Positions 20,417 to 30,578 of a stretch of DNA of 64,000 nucleotides are shown here, one piece after another. Location: IMG/VR virus record IMGVR_UViG_3300014205_000170, positions 192,001 through 256,000 of that record, one strand, 5' to 3'. The notes under the pieces are model-generated. The model ran no database searches and had not been told where the DNA came from. It saw only the letters and a program-made list of their open reading frames with translations. The DNA comes from a virus (Duplodnaviria > Caudoviricetes). Position numbers and translations under genes: made by a program. Each line of letters starts with the position of its first letter. Positions within the stretch are counted from its first letter, which is position 1.

Positions 20417-20910
20417 GTTGTTTTTTCAAAATGACGACAGTATTTAATGTCTGTCCATTTAGCGACAAAGTGTCTTTCTTCTTCTTTTATATAATTTTCT
20501 TTTTCAACCAAAGTAGTCCTAGTTGGAGTATCATATACGATTCTTTCTAAATAAATCCTCGGATAATACCCACTTTGAAAAGTTGCTTTCCAAATTTTGC
20601 CATTATGAAAGATAGCAGCAACTCTTGCCTGTACTGCATGTTCGGTATTAAACCAATCAATTTGTTTATCAGTAGTTGTGTATTTAGCTCCATTATATTC
20701 CCATTGAAAATGTCTTGAAATAAAAAACGAATTTTCCATTCGTTTCCAAACATTCAATCTAATAGATTTTAAATTAATTATTTTGGAAATATTAGTTTTA
20801 TAATCCAAATAACTAACTTCGTTTTTCTCAATTTTAGTAATACGTTTTAGCTTGTGATTTATTTTAAAATAACAATCATCATTCTTTCTATATACTACAT
20901 TTGATTTCAA
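20413..20910 (-). CDS. hypothetical protein with LxEK tag
   Basis: TRTTLVEK. Confidence 0.55.
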   Translation of the reverse strand: MKSNVVYRKNDDCYFKINHKLKRITKIEKNEVSYLDYKTNISKIINLKSIRLNVWKRMENSFFISRHFQWEYNGAKYTTTDKQIDWFNTEHAVQARVAAIFHNGKIWKATFQSGYYPRIYLERIVYDTPTRTTLVEKENYIKEEERHFVAKWTDIKYCRHFEKTT

Positions 20911-21504
20911 TTATTGGCTATCTAAAAACTTCTTTTCTCCTGCTGTTAAACCCTCCATGCCTACTTTACCAATTTTCTCCAAAACAGCGTCAAGGTCATA
21001 TTCAAACTCTCCTTCTTCCTCTTCTTCTTTATTGAAAGCTTCAAAGCCACTATCTGTCACTTCAAGGTTTTCAATCATCTGTTGTGTTTCTTTTTCTCTT
21101 TCTTCCGGAGATAATTTCGAAATACGATTTCTTTCTTGTTCGTCTTCTTTAAATTGTTTTGCAATAACGTCTGAAAATTTATCAACGAATAATCTAGGCT
21201 TATCGGCTAAGGTAAAATACCTTCTTGTATTTCCAACTGATACTGCTAAACTTAAACCAATAACTGCGTTTAATTGTTTTTGAATTTTTTCATGAGAACT
21301 TTTCTTTTCAGAATCAAAAACTTCATCTAGCATTTCATGCGGTTGTAATCCTTGGGCGGACAAACCAAATGAATAATACCACTCATAATCTTCCGGACGC
21401 TTATGTTTTTCCTTAGATTTTGACGCTTTAATTTTCTCTACCAGAGTATCAATCAACTCTTTATGATATACTTTTACTTCTTCGAAACTTATCCTGATTT
21501 CCAT
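20911..21504 (-). CDS. hypothetical protein with C-terminal DUF6576-like helical hairpin
   Basis: LDAVLEKIGKVGMEGLTAGEKKFL after an acidic linker. Confidence 0.55.
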   Translation of the reverse strand: MEIRISFEEVKVYHKELIDTLVEKIKASKSKEKHKRPEDYEWYYSFGLSAQGLQPHEMLDEVFDSEKKSSHEKIQKQLNAVIGLSLAVSVGNTRRYFTLADKPRLFVDKFSDVIAKQFKEDEQERNRISKLSPEEREKETQQMIENLEVTDSGFEAFNKEEEEEGEFEYDLDAVLEKIGKVGMEGLTAGEKKFLDSQ

Positions 21505-21523
21505 AATAATAGTCCTTTACAAC

Positions 21524-21552
21524 TTTAACGATTTTTTATTCTTTTTGTTACT
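21524..21552 (-). promoter_or_regulatory. ECF-type promoter motif AGTAAC-N16-CGTTAAA
   Basis: Exact-spacing copy upstream of the unit containing pncB. Confidence 0.65.
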
Positions 21553-21566
21553 TTTTTATAGACTTT

Positions 21567-23000
21567 TCAATTATCAAATAGCATAAAGTACAATTCATCT
21601 TTAGCTCTACTTACTGCCACATAATGTACATTTTTAGCCTCATAATCATTGGCATCGTCTGGGTCATATGAAACTTGTGCTAAATATTCTTTAGGAATTT
21701 GTAAGTTGTTCTCCTGCAATATGTCAGGTGCTATTGAATTAACAATTACACAAATTGGATACTCTAAACCCTTGGCTTTGTGTATGGTACGAATATGTGA
21801 TTGATTATCTTTATTCGCTTTTATAAATTCAATAACTTCATCAGCATTAGTAAAATGAGATAATAAATCCTTCATTTTATTTCTAGTGGTAACACGTTCC
21901 CTGGCTTTGATTATGTCCTCTATTTCAGCAGCTTTTAAATAATTTTCATAGCGAATAGGAACCTTTAAAATCATTAACCTTTTTTCAAGTTCTCGTATAA
22001 CTGAATTTGTCCTAACCAACACCGCAACATATGGGTTTTGTTTTAATATTTCAACTAAATGTTCAAATAGGATTATTTTTTTATGAACTTTACCGTCTTC
22101 TTTATGAAAAGGAATGGCTTGTAAGTGCGAATGTTTATTTGAATTCTCTACAATAGCTTTAGCACTTCTGAAATTGGTAGAAAGGTTCAATTCCACCGTG
22201 TCTCTACGACGTTTTAACATAGCTTCTATGGCATCACAATTAGCTCCGCTATATCCATAGATACTTTGACTCTTATCGCCCATTAAATAGTAAAACTTTG
22301 CATTTAGACTTAAAAGTATTTGCATTTGTATACTACTGGTATCTTGATACTCATCAATAAAAATATAATCATATTGATTTCTAAACATCCTAAGCCATTT
22401 GTCTTCTTTTAGAGATTCCCTTACTAAAATAAGCATATCCGAGAAATCAATGGATTTGGTTTGTTTTTGAAATGTTTGATATTCTTTTAAATAATCCGGA
22501 ACCTTACATTTGATATTGTCTGCTGTCTGTAATTTAAAGGCTGAAATTTCTGCACTTACATATTCTGCAGTATCATATAATTTTTCAACATCATAATAGA
22601 ATTGTTGAATGTCTCTTTGAGGTGCACTTGATTTAGGTTTATGATGTTCTTTAAACCAATCTATAAAATCATAGAATGTTACAATCTTTCTCATCTTCTT
22701 CATTCTTCCTAACAAATGAGTACAAAAAGAATGGATAGTAGTAATTTTAATTTTATCATTATCTACACGTCTTTTCAACTCTTCTACTGCTGCTACTGTA
22801 AAAGAAAAGAAAATGATTTTTGAAGGGTCTACTCCACTTTCAAGCATAAACTTCAGTTTTTCAACAGCAGAAAAAGTCTTACCTGACCCTGCGCAAGCAC
22901 TCAAAATAATAGATTTTGAATTAACTCCTTTTACTGGATATTCTATAAAGGCAAGTTGCTGTTCGGTCTTACCTTGATTTTTTTTTTCAATATTAGTCAT
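21567..23000 (-). CDS. UvrD/REP-like SF1 helicase
   Basis: ACAGSGKT, FIDEYQD, GDKSQSIYGY, NFRS, TIHKAKGLEY, YVAVSRAK. Confidence 0.92.
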   Translation of the reverse strand: MTNIEKKNQGKTEQQLAFIEYPVKGVNSKSIILSACAGSGKTFSAVEKLKFMLESGVDPSKIIFFSFTVAAVEELKRRVDNDKIKITTIHSFCTHLLGRMKKMRKIVTFYDFIDWFKEHHKPKSSAPQRDIQQFYYDVEKLYDTAEYVSAEISAFKLQTADNIKCKVPDYLKEYQTFQKQTKSIDFSDMLILVRESLKEDKWLRMFRNQYDYIFIDEYQDTSSIQMQILLSLNAKFYYLMGDKSQSIYGYSGANCDAIEAMLKRRRDTVELNLSTNFRSAKAIVENSNKHSHLQAIPFHKEDGKVHKKIILFEHLVEILKQNPYVAVLVRTNSVIRELEKRLMILKVPIRYENYLKAAEIEDIIKARERVTTRNKMKDLLSHFTNADEVIEFIKANKDNQSHIRTIHKAKGLEYPICVIVNSIAPDILQENNLQIPKEYLAQVSYDPDDANDYEAKNVHYVAVSRAKDELYFMLFDN

Positions 23001-23805
23001 TTTTTATTATGGAAGAAACAGGGTTTGTATTAACATTAGATACAAAAACATTAACGTTAGAGTGACAACATTTTTTTAAATTATCAGAAATTACCTGTCC
23101 AGCATGTTTCTCTGATTCGTAGTGTCCTATATCAACTAATATAATATCCTTTTCATCAAAAAAAGTATGATACGTAATGTCAGCAGTAATTAACATATGG
23201 GCATGCATCTTTTTAGCTTGTGATGCCATAAAAGAAGCTGTACCAGTACAAATAGCAATAGTGTCTATCAGAGAAGAATTAAATCCCTTTGAAAAATTAA
23301 TTGGTCCTGATATTTCTAATTTTTTTTGTATAGAATAAATAAAATCAATAACATATTCTTTTTTAGGAAGAACTCCAACAGCTCCAGCTCCTAAAGAATA
23401 AGTTGTATCATTATCTACCATTTTTAATGGTGTAAGATTTTGTAAGCCAAGTTTATCAGCTATTGATTTATTAAGACCCGTTAAAAATACATTATCCAAA
23501 GAAGTATGAGCAGCATAAATAGAAATATTATTTTGTATGGCAAACATAATGATTTTTTCATTATTATTGGTTGAAAGTAAAGTCTTTAAGCCTCTAAAAA
23601 TAATTGGATGATGCGCAACAATAACATTACATTGTTTTTCAATAGCCTCTTCAACTACTTTTAAATTAATATCTAAAGTAGTTAAAATATTTGTAATATC
23701 ATTTTCTGGATTACCAACAATAAGACCACAATTATCATAACTTTCTTGAATTCTTTTTGGTGCCACAGCATGTTCAATAGCTGTAACTAATTCTTTAATT
23801 TTCAT
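22993..23805 (-). CDS. Nif3-like dinuclear metal-centre protein
   Basis: QESYDNCGLIVG, VAHHPIIF, YAAHTSLD, DIGHYESE. Confidence 0.92.
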   Translation of the reverse strand: MKIKELVTAIEHAVAPKRIQESYDNCGLIVGNPENDITNILTTLDINLKVVEEAIEKQCNVIVAHHPIIFRGLKTLLSTNNNEKIIMFAIQNNISIYAAHTSLDNVFLTGLNKSIADKLGLQNLTPLKMVDNDTTYSLGAGAVGVLPKKEYVIDFIYSIQKKLEISGPINFSKGFNSSLIDTIAICTGTASFMASQAKKMHAHMLITADITYHTFFDEKDIILVDIGHYESEKHAGQVISDNLKKCCHSNVNVFVSNVNTNPVSSIIKND

Positions 23806-24169
23806 ATTTTTTTTTCTTTAATTTAATTTTCTCTATAAATACTTTTTTCTTAAACGCATAACTGGTATCAAGTTCAAAATATGGCTTTTCTATAAACCTT
23901 TCTAAGTATGCTAGTGGGTTACTATACATAGCCATTTCTCCAAGATATGAAATAATTTCTGACTTTTTCTTACAATCAAAAAACTGCTTTACAAATTCTT
24001 TTGATAAAATAACATTTCTAATTCTCAAAGTATTGATTCCCCAAGAAATAGATTGTATTTTATTAATTTCAGATTGTAAAGAATCATTTAATTTCTCAAT
24101 GACTTTTTCCAACAAAGCTTCTTCTTTCCATTGTCTTTTACCAGTCAATCTATTTACTTGTCTACTCAC
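23795..24169 (-). CDS. hypothetical protein with LxEK-like tag
   Basis: KKKVFIEK near the C-terminus. Confidence 0.5.
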   Translation of the reverse strand: MSRQVNRLTGKRQWKEEALLEKVIEKLNDSLQSEINKIQSISWGINTLRIRNVILSKEFVKQFFDCKKKSEIISYLGEMAMYSNPLAYLERFIEKPYFELDTSYAFKKKVFIEKIKLKKKKYEN

Positions 24170-24173
24170 TGAA

Positions 24174-24614
24174 TTATTTTTGTCTTATCTGCGAAAAATC
24201 CCTAAGAAATCTTGGTGTTAAAAACGTTTTTTCTATTAAAATATTTCGAGTTTCATCCTCTGCTTTTTTTACTAAAACCTTATGTAACAAAGCTTTATCT
24301 CTTTCAAGTTTTTCTTTTTTTAATTGATTGGTTTTCTCTCTTAAATGTTTTAAAAATAATTTATGCAAAGAATGATATTCTTTTGAATTTACACTCACTT
24401 CAATTGAATTGAAGGTTAAAAAAAAATCTCCATCACAATTACATAAAAGCATTTCACAATCATTGCCACGAAATTTAATTGTATTCATTCGGTCATCAAC
24501 ATCAAATTGAATTCGAGGACAATCTAATCCTTTATTAAAATGATAATCAAGAGTCAAACTTGTAATATCCTTTAGTTTTGTTTCAAATAAATCTATAAGT
24601 GCTCTTTTATTCAT
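24174..24614 (-). CDS. paralog family B protein with LxEK tag
   Basis: KRALIDLFE, FFLTFNS, TRNILIEK. Confidence 0.6.
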   Translation of the reverse strand: MNKRALIDLFETKLKDITSLTLDYHFNKGLDCPRIQFDVDDRMNTIKFRGNDCEMLLCNCDGDFFLTFNSIEVSVNSKEYHSLHKLFLKHLREKTNQLKKEKLERDKALLHKVLVKKAEDETRNILIEKTFLTPRFLRDFSQIRQK

Positions 24615-25056
24615 CTGCTTGTTTTTCTAATAAAATACCTCTTTTCTCTTTATTAACCTTTTGAGAAAAAATTAGGTTTAATAGTTTTTCATCATTTGTA
24701 ACAAGGTCTTTTTTTTCTTCTTCTGAAACGATATTTTGTTTGTTACAATACTTTTGCATCAAAGACCAATATTCTTCTGATGTGAGTTTATAACGAAAAG
24801 AATTGAAACCGATAAAAAAAGAATCTAAAACACCAACAACATACAAAGAAGCTCTTTCATAATTATCATACTCTTCTTGTACTCCATCCTCATTTATTTC
24901 CGGCACTTTAATTGTAATTTCAATTTCAAATCCAGGCAAATCACCAGAATAATTTTCAATTGAATGTTTTAAATAACAACTAGTAGGCGTGCCAACTTCA
25001 CATTGTTCTTCAAATAAATTTATTAAAAAGTCTTTTCTATCCATTTGATTTTTCAA
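24607..25056 (-). CDS. paralog family B protein with LxEK tag
   Basis: KDFLINLFE, FFIGFNS, KRGILLEK. Confidence 0.6.
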   Translation of the reverse strand: MKNQMDRKDFLINLFEEQCEVGTPTSCYLKHSIENYSGDLPGFEIEITIKVPEINEDGVQEEYDNYERASLYVVGVLDSFFIGFNSFRYKLTSEEYWSLMQKYCNKQNIVSEEEKKDLVTNDEKLLNLIFSQKVNKEKRGILLEKQADE

Positions 25057-25408
25057 TTAAAGGTTTTCTAATCTCTCTTTTATTTTTTTCAGCAATATAA
25101 AATGCTAAATCTTCACAATCGTTATTGTGCTCTCTAATACGTTTTTCTTTTAAAATAGTCTCTACTTTAGGTTTTATCATTTCATATATAACTTGATATT
25201 CTTCTTGTAAAATAGGTATTTGAATAGTATTAAACTTAACGAAAGAGTTATATTGATAACCAGAAATGGTTATGATATGTTTATGCTCAGTACCTAAGTA
25301 AACAGAAAAAAATTTATCAGAAATATGCAAACGAGCTTCTTCTGCTATAAGAAATTCACTTTGAAACAATTCCATTAAAACTTTTTTATCTACTTTTTCT
25401 AGTTCCAT
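25037..25408 (-). CDS. paralog family B protein with LxEK tag
   Basis: KKVLMELFQ, FVKFNT, IRKPLIEK. Confidence 0.6.
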   Translation of the reverse strand: MELEKVDKKVLMELFQSEFLIAEEARLHISDKFFSVYLGTEHKHIITISGYQYNSFVKFNTIQIPILQEEYQVIYEMIKPKVETILKEKRIREHNNDCEDLAFYIAEKNKREIRKPLIEKSNG

Positions 25409-28400
25409 TATGAATAAACAAATTGTGATATACCAGCTTCTGCATTTGATAATATATCGGGGTCAGTAATTCCTTGTTTGGTTTTTTGTACTTCAATAAT
25501 ATTATCCACAAAATCTCTTACTTCACTCTTATGAGTAACAATAAAAATGTTTTTGTATTTCGTTTTTAAATAATTAAATACTCCGCTTAATTCCATTAAT
25601 TTTCTATTATCTAAAGTATCAAATCCTTCATCAATTACCTTAAGAGATGGTTTAATTAAAACGCTCACATAATGTAGAGCATCACTTATAGCAGTGCTGG
25701 TAATAAACTTAACAGAACCTGACCCCATATTTAAAGGTAATGTATCAGTCTTATTTTCACTAAAGTAAAATATTTCTTTCACATCGCCATTTGGCTTAAC
25801 ATACATTTCTACCTTAAATGCAACCATTCCTTTTAAAAGACTGTTGATTTTATGATTAATAAAAGGTACTTTCTTTTTAATAATCATAGCCGGAATACCA
25901 TCTTTGCCAACCGCTTGCAAATACACTGAATATTTTTTATAAATCCTATCTGTTTCTCTTATCGAATTTAATTTTTCAGTTAAAGTTTCAATGTTGTTTT
26001 TCCAGGCCCCAATATTACCTGAACTTTCTTTTATTTTAGAATCTACTTGTAAATTTAAAGTCTTATATACTTTAATCTCTTCGTGTAAATTTTGAATAAC
26101 ATTATTAATGGCATCATTCTCAATGATGAACTCTTTGTTTTTTTCTAAAACAACAATTTGTTCTTCTAATTGTTTAATAGTTTTAGCTTTCTCTTCATTA
26201 AGTAATTTTAGCGCATTGACTTGACCTACAACTGCATCTACTTTGGAATTTCCAGAAACAATTTCTTGTTTTTGTATATATTTTTCCAACAAATCAATAT
26301 GAGATTGAAAATCTACATTCTCCTTTTCTTTGTTTTCAATTAAGCTTTTAATCTTTTTTATAGCCGTTGCAACTACATCAATAGAATCATTATGTTTTTC
26401 AATTTCTTCTTTTTGGCCACAAAGCTCAAGATTCGCTTTTAACGTTTGAATGTTTTTATGATGAGCTTGAATTGTAACTTTAAGAGAGTTGTATTTATTT
26501 GTTTCCTTATCATGTTTTGCATTATGTTCAATATTGGTTTTAATAACCTCTAAGGCTTTTTGCGCATCCTTTAAAGCCTTATCGCCTCTCTCAAAATCAG
26601 CAATACATTTTTTCTCTAATTCTAAATTTGGCTCATGGCTAACGTGATTGCAGGTAGGACATTTTTCACCTTTTGCTAACTTTATTTTATCGCTTAATCC
26701 AGCTAAAGCAACGCGAAAATCAGCTATTTTAGTCTCTAACTCTTCTTGTCCTTTTACTGGTGCAATAGGATTTGCTTTCAACCATTCTTCAATAGTGACA
26801 TATGAACTTTTTTCAGAATTAAAAATAGTTTTTTCAGAATTTAATTCTTTTTCAACATCAGCCTTAATTAAAGTAGATAAGTGTTCCGGTAAATCTTTTT
26901 TAAAGTTTTTTTCTAACCAAGATTCTTTTTCTAACAATAATTGTTTTTGAGACTCTATAAATTCTTTACCCTTAACAATATTGTCTTTTAAGACAGCAAT
27001 ATTTTTCTCTTTAATATGAGTTACATCTAAAGAGTTTAATTCTTCTGATAATTCTTTCTTAAAATTTGTTTTAAACCAATTTTCGTGTTCTTCTAAAGTT
27101 TTATTGTTATTTGTTAACTCATTTTTAAGAAGACCAATTTTAGTATTAATGACTGTTTCATCTTTTTCAGCCGGTATTTCTATTTTGTGTAATTTCTTTG
27201 TTGATTCTAATATTTTATTATTAAGATTATCAATCTGTTTATTGTTAGCTTCTTTTTCTTCTTGTAATGTTTTCAAAGACTCATTTTCAAGAGTTGTTTT
27301 GTTTTGAAAATCTGTTATTTGAGCATCTAACTCAACTGGGTCACCTAATACTTTTTGCTTAGACTTAATAGTTTTAAAAGTATCATTAGCCACATCATAT
27401 CTATCACGATAAATTTCCAAACCCAAAAATTTATTGATAAGGTCATTTTTTGGTTGTTGTGCAAGACTTAAATAATGCTGTCCATCACTTTGCATAGCAC
27501 AAACCATAAAGTCTTCATATGTTCCAATATAATCTACAATCAGTTTTTTGGTTTCCTTTTTTTCTGTTGCTGCTTCTTCTGATTCAACATCTACCCACTG
27601 TAATTCAGTTTCTCCAGTTAAATCACTTACAACGTTTTTTGCTTTTTTATATTCAATATTATAACTTACCTCAGAAGTACCGTCTTTTTTCTTTTTAACT
27701 GTTGCTGCTCTATAGGCAAAATATCGAGTACCAGCAATAGTGAAATAAATCTTCCCCCATCCTTTTGGATTGTTGGTGTATAAATTTACAATCTTTGCAC
27801 TTTCTAAATCGCCAGGCATTTTACCATAAGCAATCCAACAAAATACTTTCATGAAATTTGATTTACCATTATAGTTGGGACCAAATATTCCGGTAATACC
27901 TTTAAGTCTATCAAAATCAAAGAATGTAGGCTCTACGGAAAAAGAAAGTAGATTACTTACTTCCATACTATTGAATTCAATCCTTTTTCCATGAGTTGGA
28001 TTTTTCTTGACATTCAATTTTTTATCTATCTCCTTGTTTAATTCTATAACATCATCAGTATTCTCGTAATTATTTTGCTTCAAATATTCAACAAGAAGAC
28101 TTTCTGCACTTTCAGCATTATTTACATCAATAACATCAGTGTCTATTTCAGATTCTTGAACTTCTTTATCAATAGTTTGATAATCTACACTTACCGATTC
28201 ACAACCAAATCTATCTTTAATATACTTTTCAATTTGACTTAACTTCTCAACTGAATAGTTTTCTTTATCATCGTGTATGATAACTTCTACTTTAGTTTTC
28301 TTTCTGTTGAGAGAAAATTTCAAATCTTGCAATCTATCTTCCCATAACTCACCTTTAAAAATATTTAATTTACAATAACCATAATCATTAAGAATAAACC

Positions 28401-28536
28401 GACGTTTATGTTCACATGTATTTAAATTCCAAACTAAATAACCCTTTTCAATAGACTCCCCAAAATTCTGCTGGAGAAGGCTGGATGCATAAGCTGCAGA
28501 TTCAATTTTTCTTCTTATTTTTATTTTTTTTGTCAT
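25408..28536 (-). CDS. C-terminal part of an SbcD/Mre11-like nuclease fused to an SbcC/Rad50-like ATPase
   Basis: Begins with AYASSLLQQNFGES (late Mre11 motif); Walker A GPNYNGKS, CPTC hook, GSGS signature, VIDEGFDTLD, IVTH. Confidence 0.88.
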   Translation of the reverse strand: MTKKIKIRRKIESAAYASSLLQQNFGESIEKGYLVWNLNTCEHKRRFILNDYGYCKLNIFKGELWEDRLQDLKFSLNRKKTKVEVIIHDDKENYSVEKLSQIEKYIKDRFGCESVSVDYQTIDKEVQESEIDTDVIDVNNAESAESLLVEYLKQNNYENTDDVIELNKEIDKKLNVKKNPTHGKRIEFNSMEVSNLLSFSVEPTFFDFDRLKGITGIFGPNYNGKSNFMKVFCWIAYGKMPGDLESAKIVNLYTNNPKGWGKIYFTIAGTRYFAYRAATVKKKKDGTSEVSYNIEYKKAKNVVSDLTGETELQWVDVESEEAATEKKETKKLIVDYIGTYEDFMVCAMQSDGQHYLSLAQQPKNDLINKFLGLEIYRDRYDVANDTFKTIKSKQKVLGDPVELDAQITDFQNKTTLENESLKTLQEEKEANNKQIDNLNNKILESTKKLHKIEIPAEKDETVINTKIGLLKNELTNNNKTLEEHENWFKTNFKKELSEELNSLDVTHIKEKNIAVLKDNIVKGKEFIESQKQLLLEKESWLEKNFKKDLPEHLSTLIKADVEKELNSEKTIFNSEKSSYVTIEEWLKANPIAPVKGQEELETKIADFRVALAGLSDKIKLAKGEKCPTCNHVSHEPNLELEKKCIADFERGDKALKDAQKALEVIKTNIEHNAKHDKETNKYNSLKVTIQAHHKNIQTLKANLELCGQKEEIEKHNDSIDVVATAIKKIKSLIENKEKENVDFQSHIDLLEKYIQKQEIVSGNSKVDAVVGQVNALKLLNEEKAKTIKQLEEQIVVLEKNKEFIIENDAINNVIQNLHEEIKVYKTLNLQVDSKIKESSGNIGAWKNNIETLTEKLNSIRETDRIYKKYSVYLQAVGKDGIPAMIIKKKVPFINHKINSLLKGMVAFKVEMYVKPNGDVKEIFYFSENKTDTLPLNMGSGSVKFITSTAISDALHYVSVLIKPSLKVIDEGFDTLDNRKLMELSGVFNYLKTKYKNIFIVTHKSEVRDFVDNIIEVQKTKQGITDPDILSNAEAGISQFVYS

Positions 28537-29419
28537 ATTGTTTTATCTTATTTAGCAACAAATTTTCAAATTTTTCTTCTTTTATTTCATTTTCCCAAAA
28601 TCTTATTAAATTATATTTTTGTTGTTTAGCTAAATCATTTTTAAATTTATCATTTTTTATATTCATTTTTTGTATTTCATTTAATGATTTGAATATTTTT
28701 GAATTTCCATGCCAATAATCGCCATCAGCTTCAATCAATATATTATTTTTTTCTAAAAAAAAATCATATATTTTATATTCTTTCATATTGAAGAATACAT
28801 AAAAATTCTTCACATATTTTATGTTGTTTTTTTCTAGTATATTTTTAATTATTTTTTCAATATTAGTTTCTTGTGTTTTAAAAAGTTGTATTCTAGCTAA
28901 CTCAAGAGACGATTTTCCATATTTTAAAATTGTTGCTTTTTCTCCTTTTTCTCTTATTTCTTTATTCTTCCAATTGTGGTCTACGCCATATCTGCTCAAA
29001 TTAGTTTCTTTTCTTTTTTGGTTTGAATTATCATCTGTGCCGGGCCAATAACCATTTTTATCTTTAAATTTCTTTTGACCAATTTTTACTCTTTCCTTAT
29101 GTCCATTTTGTTTCCATAACTTTTTTGTTGCTTTAGAACGAATTATTTTTTCATCTTCAGTAATTTTACGTGCAAAACTAGGATTATTTTCTCCAGAATA
29201 TATTTCTTTTTGATGTGTGTCTTTACAATTTCGAGAACAATATTTTTTACCTATTACATTAATTCTATATTCAGTATCTTCAAACATTTCATTACAAAAT
29301 AAACAATTCTTTTTTATTCTTTTTGCTGTTGGTTGTTTATAGCCTTCATATTGACATTCCTCAGAACAATAAACTTTATTGTTAGTTTTTTTATTACAAT
29401 TTTTACATTCTCTTTCCAT
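28502..29419 (-). mobile_element. free-standing Vsr-like/DUF559 homing endonuclease gene inserted in sbcD
   Basis: N-terminal CxxC...YCSxxC repeats; YDFFLEKNNILIEADGDYWHG...KND.A....Y.LIRFWE; lies between the two sbcD halves. Confidence 0.82.
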
Positions 29420-29469
29420 AGTTTTGTTGTTTTCAAATAAAAAGTACAACAAAACTTTTAAGAGCACAA

Positions 29470-30177
29470 TTAAACAGTCCAGCCTTCATTTTTATATTTC
29501 TCCAACTCTGATTCATCTATAAGTTTTTCTTCGATTCTTTCAAAAGCTTGATATTCGTGGATATCTCCAAGCATAACAATGTCAAAATTCTTAAAAGTAG
29601 ATAGATTAGTTAAATCATCGCCTTTCATCTCATATCCATTATCTCCTACACAACCATATATAGGACCATGAAATAATGCTATATATTTTTTGTTCTTTTT
29701 CTTTTCCGTCAAGGTGAGAACGTTACTGTCCCAGCAAGAGTATACGCCATACACAATTTCATCATCAATATCATAGAAAGCCGTATCTCTATAAAAATAT
29801 ATACCGTTTTTTCCATCACTAGGAATGGGAAGAATTGGATTCTCTTTTGTAATGATAAAACCATTATCTAAAAGCTCTATTATAGGCGAAATAGCATTTC
29901 CTTGAGACAAAGATTGCATGTTAAGGTCATGATTACCTAAAATAACATCTACTGGGGCTATTTTGGATAAATTACGTAGGAATTCACCGGCAATCTCAAC
30001 GGCAGTAGGGGAAAGATTGATTTTAATGTGAAATAAATCACCAGTAAATATAATTCGACGCGGCTTTAAGGTTTTAATATCTTCAACTGTTCTTTGTAAA
30101 ACAGTTCTGAATTCATCATGCCTACTACCAAATCGAATATGAATATCACTTAAATGTACTAAATCATTTTTTGCCAT
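29470..30177 (-). CDS. N-terminal part of an SbcD/Mre11-like metallophosphoesterase
   Basis: HLSDIH, TGDLFH, LGNHD, FHG, LGDIH; ATG 30177 preceded by AAAGGAG. Confidence 0.88.
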   Translation of the reverse strand: MAKNDLVHLSDIHIRFGSRHDEFRTVLQRTVEDIKTLKPRRIIFTGDLFHIKINLSPTAVEIAGEFLRNLSKIAPVDVILGNHDLNMQSLSQGNAISPIIELLDNGFIITKENPILPIPSDGKNGIYFYRDTAFYDIDDEIVYGVYSCWDSNVLTLTEKKKNKKYIALFHGPIYGCVGDNGYEMKGDDLTNLSTFKNFDIVMLGDIHEYQAFERIEEKLIDESELEKYKNEGWTV

Positions 30178-30201
30178 GTTTGCTCCTTTAAAAAGATAGA
30201 A

Positions 30202-30209
30202 CAAATTTA
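30202..30209 (-). promoter_or_regulatory. Bacteroidota-type -7 element TAAATTTG
   Basis: TAnnTTTG upstream of the sbcD N-half. Confidence 0.4.
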
Positions 30210-30248
30210 GCAATTTTAACCTGAAAAAATGACTTCTTTATAAAAAGT

Positions 30249-30578
30249 TTATAAATTAGTTTTTCTTCTATATTTTTCTATTACTCGAAGCATCTGTTGT
30301 AAGATAGTGCTATCAGTTAAAATGCGTTGATGAGGGAAACCAACCACTAGGGCCGTTATGCCTAGATGATTTGTTAAAGCTAAAATATGCTCATCAAACT
30401 CTGATTTCATAAAAACAGGAACACCATTTAGTTCACATAATCTTATAAGGCTCGTTTTTACTGGAACACTAATTATAAATTTTTTTTCAAACAAAACATT
30501 CCGATAATAAAAATCATTAATATTATCAATTTGAGGTATAAAAATTTGTTTCAAGGTTGATAATATAAGTTTGAACAA
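30249..30578 (-). CDS. hypothetical protein with LxEK tag
   Basis: YRNVLFEK. Confidence 0.55.
   Translation of the reverse strand: MFKLILSTLKQIFIPQIDNINDFYYRNVLFEKKFIISVPVKTSLIRLCELNGVPVFMKSEFDEHILALTNHLGITALVVGFPHQRILTDSTILQQMLRVIEKYRRKTNL

Noticed and set aside
20911-28536. LxEK-like matches in large proteins (LDAVLEK in 20911, KQLLLEK and VVLEK in SbcC)
   Set aside because: They sit in coiled coil or a recognisable domain and are best treated as background, so they were not counted as tags.
28502-29470. Group I intron or split intein in sbcD
   Set aside because: Too little non-coding sequence for a ribozyme core, and no intein terminal residues.
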